DNA of 64,000 nucleotides, taken from IMG/VR virus record IMGVR_UViG_3300037245_001419, positions 62,001 to 126,000 of that record. One strand, written 5' to 3'. The notes below the pieces were generated by a model. It did not search any database. It worked only from the letters and a program-made list of their open reading frames with translations, and was not told the DNA's origin. Below, in pieces: positions 28,901-37,631 of this stretch; the first letter of the stretch is position 1, and every line of letters begins with the position of its first letter. A program made the position numbers and the translations under genes.

Positions 28901-29968
28901 GGAGCAGTAACTAAAAATGCAATTGGGATGAATGATAGCGTTGATACCGATATCCTCTATGGTAAGGAATTGGTAACTTATACCTACTCTGCGTACATGG
29001 ATGGTGGGACTCCTAAATATAGAATGTCACACTCAAGATTATTTGACTCTGAGATTATAGGAGGCATCCGGTCTTTCGACGTTACAAGCGAAAACACACC
29101 ACTCCTATTATTCGCAGAACACACACGAGATGCAAATTCAAATTTTGAGCCAAGTAATTACGGTATAACAAAAGATGAGATTGTAAAAGTTTCGTCATGG
29201 GATAGAGCACTCAGTACCGCAGAGATACGGAGCATAGAGTACTTCGATAAACAACTTCCTTTTATTGCTAACGGTGATTTTGAATATTATCAAGAGTCTG
29301 ATTATACACCAACGGCTCCTGTATTACCTACACTCGCACTTGTAAATTCATGGGCATGTGATGCTATTGTTGGAGATCAACTTGTAGATACTGTGAATGG
29401 ATTTAATATAGATTTGTTCGGTACACCTTCAGTAGAGAATGATGGTATTGTCATGAATGCGGTTACTGATTATGGCGTTTTAACTGGTTCAGAAAAAACA
29501 CACTTGAACCCTTTTGAGTCATGGACATTATCATTCCAAGTTAAATTTAAAACTTCATCACAAACAACAACAAGTACAGGACTCATTGGTGCAATTAATA
29601 GAGCTAATGGTTATGGGTGGTCTTCAGGTGTTAGAGTAACATCTAATAAACTTAATGGTATTCCTAATTCGTGGAGTGATCCTGATACTATAACAAAAGA
29701 CGTTTGGATAAATGTTCAATTGGTAAATGATTGGGTTAGCGGTACTACACGGATGTATTTTGATGGTCTTCAGAAAGCAACAGGTGCTAGAGCCAAAATA
29801 AACTCGTTACCAATGTCTTTGATGATATCATCTGATGATGATGTAACTTTTAATGCAGATACAACAACAACACAGATAGATACTGTAATTAGGAACATAT
29901 CGTATTATTGTGGTGCGGCAACTCAGACTGAAGTAAATACTATAAATGCAGGATTGCCATCAGTTTAA
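25943..29968 (+). CDS. large virion protein with three LamG/ConA-like domains and a putative SGNH esterase domain
   Basis: FNGVDDKIEI..WT..WFDGE type LamG patterns occur three times; GHS...DISHP SGNH-like motifs; T/S/V-rich Ig-like N-terminus. Confidence 0.65.
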   Translation: MSIWKGFWFGGSVTVPGIRLVGGYVLNTGTTMDLNYELRYFVIDDSGNRHPSIGYEVQSFTYSYGQNDVNITSGAQSRDVTINVAETFNIISTSGFSFIVNPELSATLSGGAWSDDVPDQLINTDYTLVNLEDNINFQGDNTVIYTLTDPNADTFSADNTIVLRYTPDIYIVAVDNNANVTDPVETPEYQVDLTYVLGGVFTTSAGLEWTGGTSATEPAVSLQPGDNNLVVGPYPDDFGNEESSFAQLVTKVPSLNYVGLTSIDAETFGTSYTATSGLEIDVDVGAPYATAIDETFIFTSGDYRTYDFDLSYSYPSQPSASATTSVSIDYTELAPTLDDLRINDGLVADLKFSPHYESIADTTVTPKQDTQSGVSIAMTGSGTNKLTYDPDQPNTGSLSRRFYNGQTMYQRERAWWVNNGDDFVPAIRYESSFNGVDDKIEIVGSEAWMPTGSDWTYHLTDRVTTLEIGTLLSKGINGSGNETEINMNGTGELSLVYGGVSCGVIATQEADIYNFITLKYNSTSKEITVWFDGEVLIDAFDVTGAQSNTSTIVKHCRRTGASTFDNYLNGYCHHDRYYDKMFDNKHKDAFFYNVYFSFMIPFSGDSTGGGVYRYLNNHYLYYGYGDGDDVFMMVANYGGRTFYDVSVPDDYTAPAYTTGGRPDLLEWETIGHSTSNVNHVVDRCLCNIYSRSLTQNWVGAEYYEGPEVYSEYMDALAAEKAICDSFNVPMILSGTIPQGVLDGGVDHLTTPAYLYMKPVDDQIKATYNSSIINDIWNSSLDERHWWVYNDINGASQADAFNDDPRFPSWENWKRFSDISHPSIAQYYRICRRWSDLYDSILDGLNLLPTYTDPRLTADAYFDAIDDTTIVYRDEPTESVEYIENKGTDLSIPNLKNLRCDHILRRNDYGNGIKSIGGTGLGEIAIVDLVDSKLWNTDEFTVSITFIRDVYSKASVDHTGLTSSNMWIANINAPEGDILELANPHNSGAVTKNAIGMNDSVDTDILYGKELVTYTYSAYMDGGTPKYRMSHSRLFDSEIIGGIRSFDVTSENTPLLLFAEHTRDANSNFEPSNYGITKDEIVKVSSWDRALSTAEIRSIEYFDKQLPFIANGDFEYYQESDYTPTAPVLPTLALVNSWACDAIVGDQLVDTVNGFNIDLFGTPSVENDGIVMNAVTDYGVLTGSEKTHLNPFESWTLSFQVKFKTSSQTTTSTGLIGAINRANGYGWSSGVRVTSNKLNGIPNSWSDPDTITKDVWINVQLVNDWVSGTTRMYFDGLQKATGARAKINSLPMSLMISSDDDVTFNADTTTTQIDTVIRNISYYCGAATQTEVNTINAGLPSV

Positions 29969-30094
29969 TTAATAACCCTTTAGCAGATAGTTTAACCATA
30001 TGATATAAAAATTAGTAAAATAAAACATGCAAATTAAATAATTCAACATGGGAATAAGTAAACAACCATGCAATGTATAACCTAAAGGAACCCT

Positions 30095-30328
30095 ATGTCA
30101 TTTAAACAATTTTATACAGAATCAATGCAACAATGGGCTGGGGATAAACTATACGATGGTTATACTTCAGTTGATAGCGACCACGCTCACTTTTATGAGG
30201 TTAATGCCAGTGGTGACGGTGTAGCAATTAGAGCTGGTGCAGATGATCACCAACACAATGTAGTTGGCTGGGAAATACAAGAATCTGGTGGTCATATACA
30301 TACTATAACAGAAGATCAACAAACTTAA
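30095..30328 (+). CDS. small HxH-repeat protein
   Basis: DHAHF, DHQHN and GHIHT motifs; N-terminus MSFKQFYTES. Confidence 0.7.
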   Translation: MSFKQFYTESMQQWAGDKLYDGYTSVDSDHAHFYEVNASGDGVAIRAGADDHQHNVVGWEIQESGGHIHTITEDQQT

Positions 30329-30339
30329 GTGGTAGCTAA

Positions 30340-30783
30340 ATGGCAACAGGACAAAGAAAAAAAGAAATTGATGCAGCGATTGCCTTTATACTCCTAAAAA
30401 AGTTACTGACCCCTATCAATCAAACTGATGCTTTTAAGACAGGTGTGGTTGATGCTAAAGGTGTCGCTAAGGGTGATGATAAAGAATTGTCTGTTTTAGA
30501 TAAAATAATATTCAAGCTAAAGCGTTTGATGGGTGGTAAGATACACGCCCTTAATAAGTTTATTTATGTCAAAACTCTTGGTGGTGACTACACTCGATAT
30601 TTAATTCCTCAAGCAGGTATTGGTAGAAGAGCTGAAGTTAAAAGATTAATGAGAGACATTGAAAATCTTACAGAAAAGTACGAACTAGAGAGCATCGACG
30701 AGATGTTTGAAATGGTCTTACATGAAGAGTTACAACAGATGACCGATTATAACGGTTACATAAAAGAAGACTATTTTAAATAA
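30340..30783 (+). CDS. conserved T4-like hypothetical protein
   Basis: FILLKKLLTP...AFKTGVVDAKG...LDKIIFKLKRL, a pattern seen in T4-like phages. Confidence 0.65.
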   Translation: MATGQRKKEIDAAIAFILLKKLLTPINQTDAFKTGVVDAKGVAKGDDKELSVLDKIIFKLKRLMGGKIHALNKFIYVKTLGGDYTRYLIPQAGIGRRAEVKRLMRDIENLTEKYELESIDEMFEMVLHEELQQMTDYNGYIKEDYFK

Positions 30784-30802
30784 TACTTCAGTTGAGGATC
30801 AT

Positions 30803-31156
30803 ATGCCATCAGGACTAATATCATCATTCGCAAGCAAGTCAGGAAAATCTACATCAGAAGTAGAAAAACTCTGGGACAAAGCTAAAGCAGCAGCAGAGAA
30901 ACAACTTGGAGTGTCTTCAGGTGATAATTTTTATCGGTTAACAACAGGCATCCTTAAGAGAATGTTAAAGATTGATGAAGATGGAGAAGGTGGTGCAGCT
31001 CCTGTAGCACCATCGAATACATTAACCACAGCCAACATAGCACCTGGTCAAAGCGGAGCGTTCTCTGCAAAGATAACTCCTCTTTTCAAAAGAAAAAAGA
31101 AAAAGAAAAATGAGAGTATCGATTTGATAGAGAGTTATGGCAAGAACGATATCTAA
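30803..31156 (+). CDS. hypothetical protein
   Basis: GAGG RBS; MP..KSGKSTSEVEKLWDKAK...GILKRML. Confidence 0.7.
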   Translation: MPSGLISSFASKSGKSTSEVEKLWDKAKAAAEKQLGVSSGDNFYRLTTGILKRMLKIDEDGEGGAAPVAPSNTLTTANIAPGQSGAFSAKITPLFKRKKKKKNESIDLIESYGKNDI

Positions 31157-31715
31157 TGACGACAAACGTCTAAAACGACTCCCCAGCTACGTTAAGTATA
31201 CACGAGAGGAAGGGGTGAAAACATCACTGGTTAAGCCAGGGTATTTTTACACATACAATTATAAATTTAATATGAATCCGTATTTCGATAGAACTTCATT
31301 TGAAGAGACTAGGTTTTATGATTGGTTTCCTTTGTGTTTTATTTACGATGCTTATAAATCTAAAGATCACGAGTTAATATATAGAGGTTTGAACTTTCAT
31401 CACATACCAGTAAGAGCTAGACGATTGTGGATGACACGATTGAGAAAGTTTATTGGTGATGATGAATTAAATGATGATGAACGAATCAAACAAATGATTC
31501 AATACAAAGAACTATTTTATCTTTTTAGAAAAGCAACATTTGGCATTCGCCAATATCGTAGAGATCGGATGTTTGAAATACGTAGAGTTCCAGCAAATAA
31601 ACTCGATGACTATATGAGTTTTGCATCCAAGACGTACTTTTCGGCCACACTGTCAGAGGTCGGATTAAACTACAAAGACTTCATTCCGTCAGTACACACT
31701 AAACGTAAAATATAA
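31137..31715 (+). CDS. gp2: DNA end protector (gp2-like)
   Basis: PGYFYTYNY, FYDWFPL and GLNFHHIP..R motifs of the gp2 family. Confidence 0.75.
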   Translation: MARTISNDDKRLKRLPSYVKYTREEGVKTSLVKPGYFYTYNYKFNMNPYFDRTSFEETRFYDWFPLCFIYDAYKSKDHELIYRGLNFHHIPVRARRLWMTRLRKFIGDDELNDDERIKQMIQYKELFYLFRKATFGIRQYRRDRMFEIRRVPANKLDDYMSFASKTYFSATLSEVGLNYKDFIPSVHTKRKI

Positions 31716-31718
31716 ATA
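31711..31718 (+). promoter_or_regulatory. late promoter TATAAATA
   Basis: Exact motif upstream of the portal gene. Confidence 0.65.
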
Positions 31719-31757
31719 CAACTAATTACACGTTAATCATAAATTGAGGTTATTTTT

Positions 31758-33398
31758 ATGGCAGATGGATATTTTAATCCTTTCTCAAAATTCTTCCTAC
31801 GAGGAAGACCCAGTGCTGAAAATGTACGGGAAAAACAGATCAATAAAAACACTCAAGGTATTAATGACCAAGATGCTTATTACAAGTACCTATATGGTCA
31901 ACAAAATGGCAATGGGTACGACGATGGTTTCGCCAATGTATACGTAGCTCCCATTCATTTTGACCAATACTTTCAAAGCAAAAAAATAAGAATCCTTAAA
32001 TATCGTGAGATGGCATGGTATCCAGAAATCAATGATGCGTTAGACATGGTATCTGATGAAGCTATCGTAGAAGATGAAAATGGATTAATATTAACCCTTA
32101 ATATTAACAGAGAAGTAACTAAACTTGAACAGCGACAAATAAGAGAACAGTGGGACTATGTTATCAACGACCTTTTTGTGGTTAAAGAAACATTGTGGGA
32201 TCTCTTTAGGAAGTGGCTGGTTGAATCTGAAGTGTTCTTGGAATTAGTTCTCAATGATAAAAAAGATAGTATCATAGGACTAAGATCATTACCAGCATTT
32301 ATTACTTACCCCGTATATGACGGTAGTAAGATAGCGTACTTTATTCAAAAAGTATTACCAGTATCACACAACGCAACAAACCAAACTGGTGCGCCAAATA
32401 CAGATAAAGACGATAAACACCAAATTGTATTCCCACAAGAACAAATTGCATACGCAAACTACGGTGGATACCCAGGAACATCGAGAGCGGACGTTAGAGG
32501 CTACTTAGAGCCAGCTATCCGTATCTACAATATGTTACGATCATTAGAAGATTCAGTGGTGGTATACAGGCTTACAAGAGCACCAGAAAGACGTGTTTGG
32601 AATATTGAAGTAGGGAGAATGCCTACTGGTAAAGTAGAAGAGTATATTAAAAAACTCATCCATAAATACCGAAGACAAATAAATTACAATCCGAAAACTG
32701 GTGCCATAGATGCTTCGCAGAATGTTCAAGCATTATCTGAAGATTTCTGGTTTGCAAAGAGAGATGGGAACGGTACAAACGTTGAAACTCTTCCAAGCGC
32801 ATCTAATCTAGGTGAACTTGGTGACTTGGAGTTCTTCAACGATAAGCTTCTTACAGTATTAAAAATACCTAAAGATCGACACAACACACCGAACGCCCAA
32901 TATCAAGCAGGTTCAACTATTGAAAGAGATGAACTTAAGTTTTGGAATTTTGTTCAAAGATTACAAAAAAGATTTAAGAAACTTGTATTGGATGTATTCA
33001 TGCAACAACTTCGTCTTAAAGGATTTGACCCAAAACTTGTTGATAGAAAATTATATCATATAAAATTTACAGAAGCAAATTTCTTTAAAGAGTATAAAGA
33101 GCTAGGACTATTAGAATTAAAACTAAATGTATTTAGCTCTCTATCAACTTTTATAGTTAGTGAAGAGAATCCTGACGGTGAATTTTCATGGGAATTCGTA
33201 GCGAAGAGTATGATGAATATGAAGGACGATGAGTACGAACTTAATGAAAAACTTAAAAACAAAGAACGCAAAGAAATTCTAGAAACTAGAATTGCATTCA
33301 AGGCAGACATGCTTAAAAAGAAAATTGAATTAGAACCAACAGAAGAAGAAGGCAACCCTGACGCACCCAAATCGGATGTAGCAGTACCGGAAGCCTAA
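31758..33398 (+). CDS. gp20: portal protein
   Basis: YREMAWYPEI..A, EDSVVVYRLTRAPERRVWNIEVGRMP and EDFWF.KRDG.GT.VETLP motifs. Confidence 0.97.
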   Translation: MADGYFNPFSKFFLRGRPSAENVREKQINKNTQGINDQDAYYKYLYGQQNGNGYDDGFANVYVAPIHFDQYFQSKKIRILKYREMAWYPEINDALDMVSDEAIVEDENGLILTLNINREVTKLEQRQIREQWDYVINDLFVVKETLWDLFRKWLVESEVFLELVLNDKKDSIIGLRSLPAFITYPVYDGSKIAYFIQKVLPVSHNATNQTGAPNTDKDDKHQIVFPQEQIAYANYGGYPGTSRADVRGYLEPAIRIYNMLRSLEDSVVVYRLTRAPERRVWNIEVGRMPTGKVEEYIKKLIHKYRRQINYNPKTGAIDASQNVQALSEDFWFAKRDGNGTNVETLPSASNLGELGDLEFFNDKLLTVLKIPKDRHNTPNAQYQAGSTIERDELKFWNFVQRLQKRFKKLVLDVFMQQLRLKGFDPKLVDRKLYHIKFTEANFFKEYKELGLLELKLNVFSSLSTFIVSEENPDGEFSWEFVAKSMMNMKDDEYELNEKLKNKERKEILETRIAFKADMLKKKIELEPTEEEGNPDAPKSDVAVPEA

Positions 33399-33407
33399 GG
33401 AGAAAAC

Positions 33408-33665
33408 ATGGATAATAATGAATTGGATAAAGGATGGGAACTCCCAGGATTTCAAACCGACGATTTAGATAGATACACATCAGACATTGACCATTGGGAA
33501 GTAGCAGCTGACCAAGATTCATTAACTGGTAGAGTCATGAATAAAGATTATGCGACATTAAAAGATGACCTAGACAAGGTTGTTGCTAAAAAAATAGTGT
33601 CAAAAATTGATTCAGAAAAAGAAAATATCTCAATGACGTTTCAAAATCTTGACGATACCTATTAA
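33408..33665 (+). CDS. small acidic protein, gp67-like prohead core by position
   Basis: Directly after the portal; helical LDKVVAKKIVSKIDSEKENIS. Confidence 0.45.
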   Translation: MDNNELDKGWELPGFQTDDLDRYTSDIDHWEVAADQDSLTGRVMNKDYATLKDDLDKVVAKKIVSKIDSEKENISMTFQNLDDTY

Positions 33666-33775
33666 AAAATAGTTTCAAGTGTCAAAAAAGTAGTAGCTGA
33701 ACGTAAAAACCTCAGCTTTTCTTGTTTCCCTATGCATAAAAGCTGTTATAGCTATCCAAAGTGTTAAAAATTTTC

Positions 33776-33807
33776 TGTCTGATTTATAAATAATTAGAAA
33801 TCAGACA
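33776..33807 (+). promoter_or_regulatory. late promoter TATAAATA (33785-33792) enclosed in a 10-bp inverted repeat
   Basis: TGTCTGATTT...AAATCAGACA; the 3' arm abuts the AGGAG RBS of gp21. Confidence 0.75.
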
Positions 33808-33823
33808 AGGAGATTTTTAGATC

Positions 33824-34480
33824 ATGACAAACAATAATATGAAGCTCATAACTGAATATGTTGATTTTGATGAATTAGAAGTTTTTACTGAATCTACTGA
33901 AGATGGGACAAAGAAAAATCTTAAAATCAAAGGCCCATTTATGGGTGCTGAAATTAAGAATAGAAATGGTCGTATCTACCCTCGTGAGTTATTAGAACGA
34001 GAAGTAGCTCGATTTACTATGGAAAAGATTGATAAAAAAAGAGCAATGGGAGAATTAGATCACCCACCAGTTCCTCAATTAAATCTTGACAGAGTAAGCC
34101 ACTTAATAGAATCATTGGAAATGGAAGGCAATAAAGTTATTGGTGTAGCTAAAATATTAGATACGCCTATGGGAAATATTGCCAAGTCACTAATTGAATC
34201 CGGTGTTAACCTGGGAACTAGTTCTCGTGGTATCGGAACCTTGAAAGGTAATACAGTTAATCCAGACTTTAAACTACTTACAGTAGATATCGTTGGAGAC
34301 CCTAGTTACACAGAAGCATATGTTGAAGGTATTCTTGAAAATAAAGAATATATAATCCAGGGCAACGACATTATCGAAGTTGCTGTTAGCAACCTCAAAA
34401 CAAACTTAGACAATCACGGCTCTTCAATAATAAAAGAAGCTTTAGACGATTTTTTAACTGAATTAAGAAACAACTTATAA
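33824..34480 (+). CDS. gp21: prohead protease
   Basis: MKLITE, KNRNGRIYP, GELDHP, RVSH, TPMG and SSRGIG motifs. Confidence 0.96.
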   Translation: MTNNNMKLITEYVDFDELEVFTESTEDGTKKNLKIKGPFMGAEIKNRNGRIYPRELLEREVARFTMEKIDKKRAMGELDHPPVPQLNLDRVSHLIESLEMEGNKVIGVAKILDTPMGNIAKSLIESGVNLGTSSRGIGTLKGNTVNPDFKLLTVDIVGDPSYTEAYVEGILENKEYIIQGNDIIEVAVSNLKTNLDNHGSSIIKEALDDFLTELRNNL

Positions 34481-34490
34481 GGAGCACATT

Positions 34491-34763
34491 ATGGACGAAA
34501 ACATAATAGACTTTGCGAATCACTACATTACTGATAACTATGTGGATGTAGACTCAAAGAATGAAGAAGCTAAAGCAGTAAGATTGAAAGCATATCTTGC
34601 AGAAGAAGCCGAACAAAAAGAAAAACTTAAAACTCTTATTAGCGAAGACCATACTGATATTATCGGAAAAGCTACAGGGATATTATTAATAGATGAACAA
34701 TCAACTCTAAAAAGAGGATCAGCTGACGCTGGACTGTTTGGTGATGTAGAAAAGTACCTATAA
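34491..34763 (+). CDS. hypothetical protein
   Basis: AAGGAG RBS; lies between gp21 and gp22. Confidence 0.7.
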   Translation: MDENIIDFANHYITDNYVDVDSKNEEAKAVRLKAYLAEEAEQKEKLKTLISEDHTDIIGKATGILLIDEQSTLKRGSADAGLFGDVEKYL

Positions 34764-34786
34764 TAACTTTTTTTTCAATAGTCAAT

Positions 34787-34794
34787 TATAAATA
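34787..34794 (+). promoter_or_regulatory. late promoter TATAAATA
   Basis: Exact motif upstream of gp22. Confidence 0.65.
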
Positions 34795-34829
34795 TTGATA
34801 ACTAAAATAAATTTTTAGGAGGAATTCAA

Positions 34830-35666
34830 ATGACAAAAATGGATAACATTTTAAAAAAATTAAAAGATGTTCTTTCAGAAGAAGACGTTAAATCTTTTCA
34901 AACTGAAGTATCAACAATGATTGAAGAAAAAGCTTCTATCAGAGTAGACGCTGAAAAAGTTAAGGTGGAACGACTTGCTGAAGAATATTGTGATATGAAA
35001 ATTCAAGAAGGTGTTAAGAAAGTGGCAACAACTCTTATTAAAGAGTATGACCAAAAACTTGATGCGTTAGAATCTACTTTAGTTGAAAAACTAGACAAAT
35101 TTCTTGACTTGGAAATTACATCAAAAATTTCTGAAGATACGTTAAAACAGATAGCTGTAAATGAAACATATGGCCCGATCATCATGGGTATACAATCATT
35201 ATTTGAGCACCAGCATGTAGCTCTAGACAGTGATGGATATGCGTCTCTAAGAAAATATCAAGAGAAAATTAGTGAACTAACTGATCAACTTGCTGAATCT
35301 ATTGCCGATAAAATCGAACTAGAAGAATCAGTTGACACAGCCGCTTCTAAGCTTCTTATTGCCAAGAAAACAGAACACATGACTGAAAGTGAAAAATCTT
35401 CAGTGTTCGAGTTCTTTTCTGGTAAAGCTCTTAACGAAACTCAAAGTAAACTTGATAATTTCATAGAGTTAATCACTGAAACAAAAGAAACAACTTCTAG
35501 TTTAGAAGCTAATAAAACTGTTATAAGCGAACAATCAGGTAGTATATCTGAAGACGAATATATCGCTGAAGAACGAACAATTAACCTTACTGAAAAAGAT
35601 AAAGACATTGACGATATAGCTAATCAACAAGCAGATATCTATAGCGCAGCTAACAGATTTATCTAA
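34830..35666 (+). CDS. gp22: prohead core scaffold protein
   Basis: Glu-rich coiled coil (LVEKLDKFLD) between the protease and the major capsid gene. Confidence 0.85.
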   Translation: MTKMDNILKKLKDVLSEEDVKSFQTEVSTMIEEKASIRVDAEKVKVERLAEEYCDMKIQEGVKKVATTLIKEYDQKLDALESTLVEKLDKFLDLEITSKISEDTLKQIAVNETYGPIIMGIQSLFEHQHVALDSDGYASLRKYQEKISELTDQLAESIADKIELEESVDTAASKLLIAKKTEHMTESEKSSVFEFFSGKALNETQSKLDNFIELITETKETTSSLEANKTVISEQSGSISEDEYIAEERTINLTEKDKDIDDIANQQADIYSAANRFI

Positions 35667-35681
35667 AATTTTTTTCAAAAA

Positions 35682-35689
35682 TATAAATA
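35682..35689 (+). promoter_or_regulatory. late promoter TATAAATA
   Basis: Exact motif upstream of gp23. Confidence 0.65.
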
Positions 35690-35726
35690 TTAAAAAATAT
35701 ATAAATTCTTTAGGAGGATAATACAT

Positions 35727-37046
35727 ATGTATAGTACACCTGATAAAGCGAAATTGGTTCAAAAGTGGGAAAATGTTCCTGGCAATCTCTCTATTGCAGA
35801 TATTGAAGATAGAGATACCAAAGAAAACATGGCAACACTTCTTGAAAACCAAACTACTCGACTATTCAATGATGGAAACGCATTCGGTTCCCTGAACGAA
35901 GCTTCACAAGCTTCAAACACACTAGGTACAGCAACACTAAACGATCCTAACGGTGGACAATTTAGACCTATGACTCTTGCACTTGTTAGAAGAACTTTCC
36001 CAGTTCTATTCGCTAACAAAGTAGTTGGTGTTCAGGCTATGAGTACTCCTGTTGGACTTGCTTACGCTCTAAGATTCTTATACAAAGACTTTCCACAGAA
36101 TGAAGCAGCATTTAACGATGTAGCAAAATTCTCAGGATTCACTGGTAATGAACCACAGAACGGAACTGTACCATCAGTAAACAACCCTAACACTGCTCCT
36201 GGCCTAGACGTATCTGGTATTACATCAGCTATCGACACAGGTGTTGGCGCTCCTTCAGTATCTGGTGAGGCTTTCCAATTTGGTGGAACTGGCACAGAAA
36301 AAATGCCTGAACTATCATTCAGAGTTGACCAGACTTCAGTTGTAGCAAAAACTCGTAAAATGGCAGCAAGCTTCTCTCTAGAATCAGCACAGGACATCAA
36401 AGCGATGCACGGTGTTGACATTGAAAGAGAAATGTTAAGCGTACTTCAGTATGAAATAATGGCTGAGCTTGACAGAGAGCTTCTACAAAGAATGAAATCA
36501 GCAGCAGTTACTATCTCTTTCGGTGGAGAAGCAGTTACAAACATTGACGTAACAGCAAATAACCCACTTGACGGAAGATGGTCACAAGAAAGATATGCAG
36601 GACTTATTACTTCTATAATCAAGAAGTCAAATGACATTGCGATCTCAACCAGACGTGGCGCAGGTAACTTCGTTATCGTTTCAGGAAGAGTTGCAACTGC
36701 TCTACAAGCAGCTGGCCCACAATTCTCAAGAAACACAGCACTTGTTGACGCAACTACTACTCTTGCAGAAGTAGGAACAATCAACGGTACAATCACTGTT
36801 TACAGAGATTCATATGCTGTTAACGATTACGCTCTGATCGGTTACAAAGGCCCAGGTATCAGTGACTCAGGAATTATCTTTAGTCCATATATCACAGGCG
36901 TAACAAACAGAACTGTAGCTCAAGAAGACTTCAGTCCAAGACTAGGTGTTATGTCTAGATATGGAATCACTGATTCTCTACTTGGATCTGGTAGATACTA
37001 CAGATTAATTAACTATCAAAACATGGCAGCAATTGTCCCTGGTTAA
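35727..37046 (+). CDS. gp23: major capsid protein
   Basis: LVRRTFP, VGVQAM..PVGLAYALR, AKTRKM...SLESAQDIKAMHG.D.E.E and SRYG motifs; probable processing site LNE. Confidence 0.97.
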   Translation: MYSTPDKAKLVQKWENVPGNLSIADIEDRDTKENMATLLENQTTRLFNDGNAFGSLNEASQASNTLGTATLNDPNGGQFRPMTLALVRRTFPVLFANKVVGVQAMSTPVGLAYALRFLYKDFPQNEAAFNDVAKFSGFTGNEPQNGTVPSVNNPNTAPGLDVSGITSAIDTGVGAPSVSGEAFQFGGTGTEKMPELSFRVDQTSVVAKTRKMAASFSLESAQDIKAMHGVDIEREMLSVLQYEIMAELDRELLQRMKSAAVTISFGGEAVTNIDVTANNPLDGRWSQERYAGLITSIIKKSNDIAISTRRGAGNFVIVSGRVATALQAAGPQFSRNTALVDATTTLAEVGTINGTITVYRDSYAVNDYALIGYKGPGISDSGIIFSPYITGVTNRTVAQEDFSPRLGVMSRYGITDSLLGSGRYYRLINYQNMAAIVPG

Positions 37047-37071
37047 TAGTTAATCTATACCCCCGAATAAT

Positions 37072-37101
37072 AAAGGCAGTGAATTATCACTGCCTTTTTT
37101 T
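37072..37101 (+). terminator. intrinsic terminator after gp23
   Basis: AAAGGCAGTGA-atta-TCACTGCCTTT followed by a T run. Confidence 0.9.
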
Positions 37102-37108
37102 GTGTTTA

Positions 37109-37116
37109 TATAAATA
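37109..37116 (+). promoter_or_regulatory. late promoter TATAAATA
   Basis: Exact motif upstream of 37138. Confidence 0.65.
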
Positions 37117-37137
37117 ATAATAAAATGGAGTATTACT

Positions 37138-37620
37138 ATGTCATTCGGTTCCTTTTATTTTATAGAGAAAGAAGAAGATGATTTCGATGTAGTCCATGAC
37201 GACCAGGTGTACATCGACAAAAACCTAGATGGTGAAGTGGACGATGAAGTTAAAAAAGAATTAAAAAAAGAACTTGAAGACGATGACGACGAAGATGATG
37301 ATGAAGATGATAAAATCAATGAGATCAAAAGATCACCACGGCAAAAAAGACAAGTAGCAAGAGCCAAGAGAAGTGCAATTCAAACAGCAACTGGTGGCAA
37401 GTTCTACAATTCAAGCTTAAAAGACAGAGCTAAATTTCTTTCACGATTCGAATTTAAAAAAGTAACACCGACTACTGGTATTTTCATACCTAGAAAACGA
37501 CCCCTTCCACAACTAAAGTTGTTCAGACGACTTAGAAAAGCAGCTAAAGTCATGAGAAAATTCGGTAGAATTAGAGCTAAAGGTAAAGCAGCTAAGAAAA
37601 GATCAAAAGGTAAATTCTAA
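37138..37620 (+). CDS. acidic-then-basic protein, gp68-like prohead core candidate
   Basis: D/E-rich N-half, INE site, then an Arg/Lys-rich C-half containing RSAIQTATG (compare T4 gp68 RNAFQTTG). Confidence 0.45.
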   Translation: MSFGSFYFIEKEEDDFDVVHDDQVYIDKNLDGEVDDEVKKELKKELEDDDDEDDDEDDKINEIKRSPRQKRQVARAKRSAIQTATGGKFYNSSLKDRAKFLSRFEFKKVTPTTGIFIPRKRPLPQLKLFRRLRKAAKVMRKFGRIRAKGKAAKKRSKGKF

Positions 37621-37631
37621 ACGGAGTCATC

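Noticed and set aside
29969-30094. Intergenic stretch with several CATG-containing motifs
   Set aside because: Only very short ORFs, with no consistent repeat unit or stable structure.
33695-33727. AGCTGA...TCAGCT-TTTT hairpin as a terminator after the gp67-like gene
   Set aside because: A 6-bp stem with an 11-nt loop is too weak to call.
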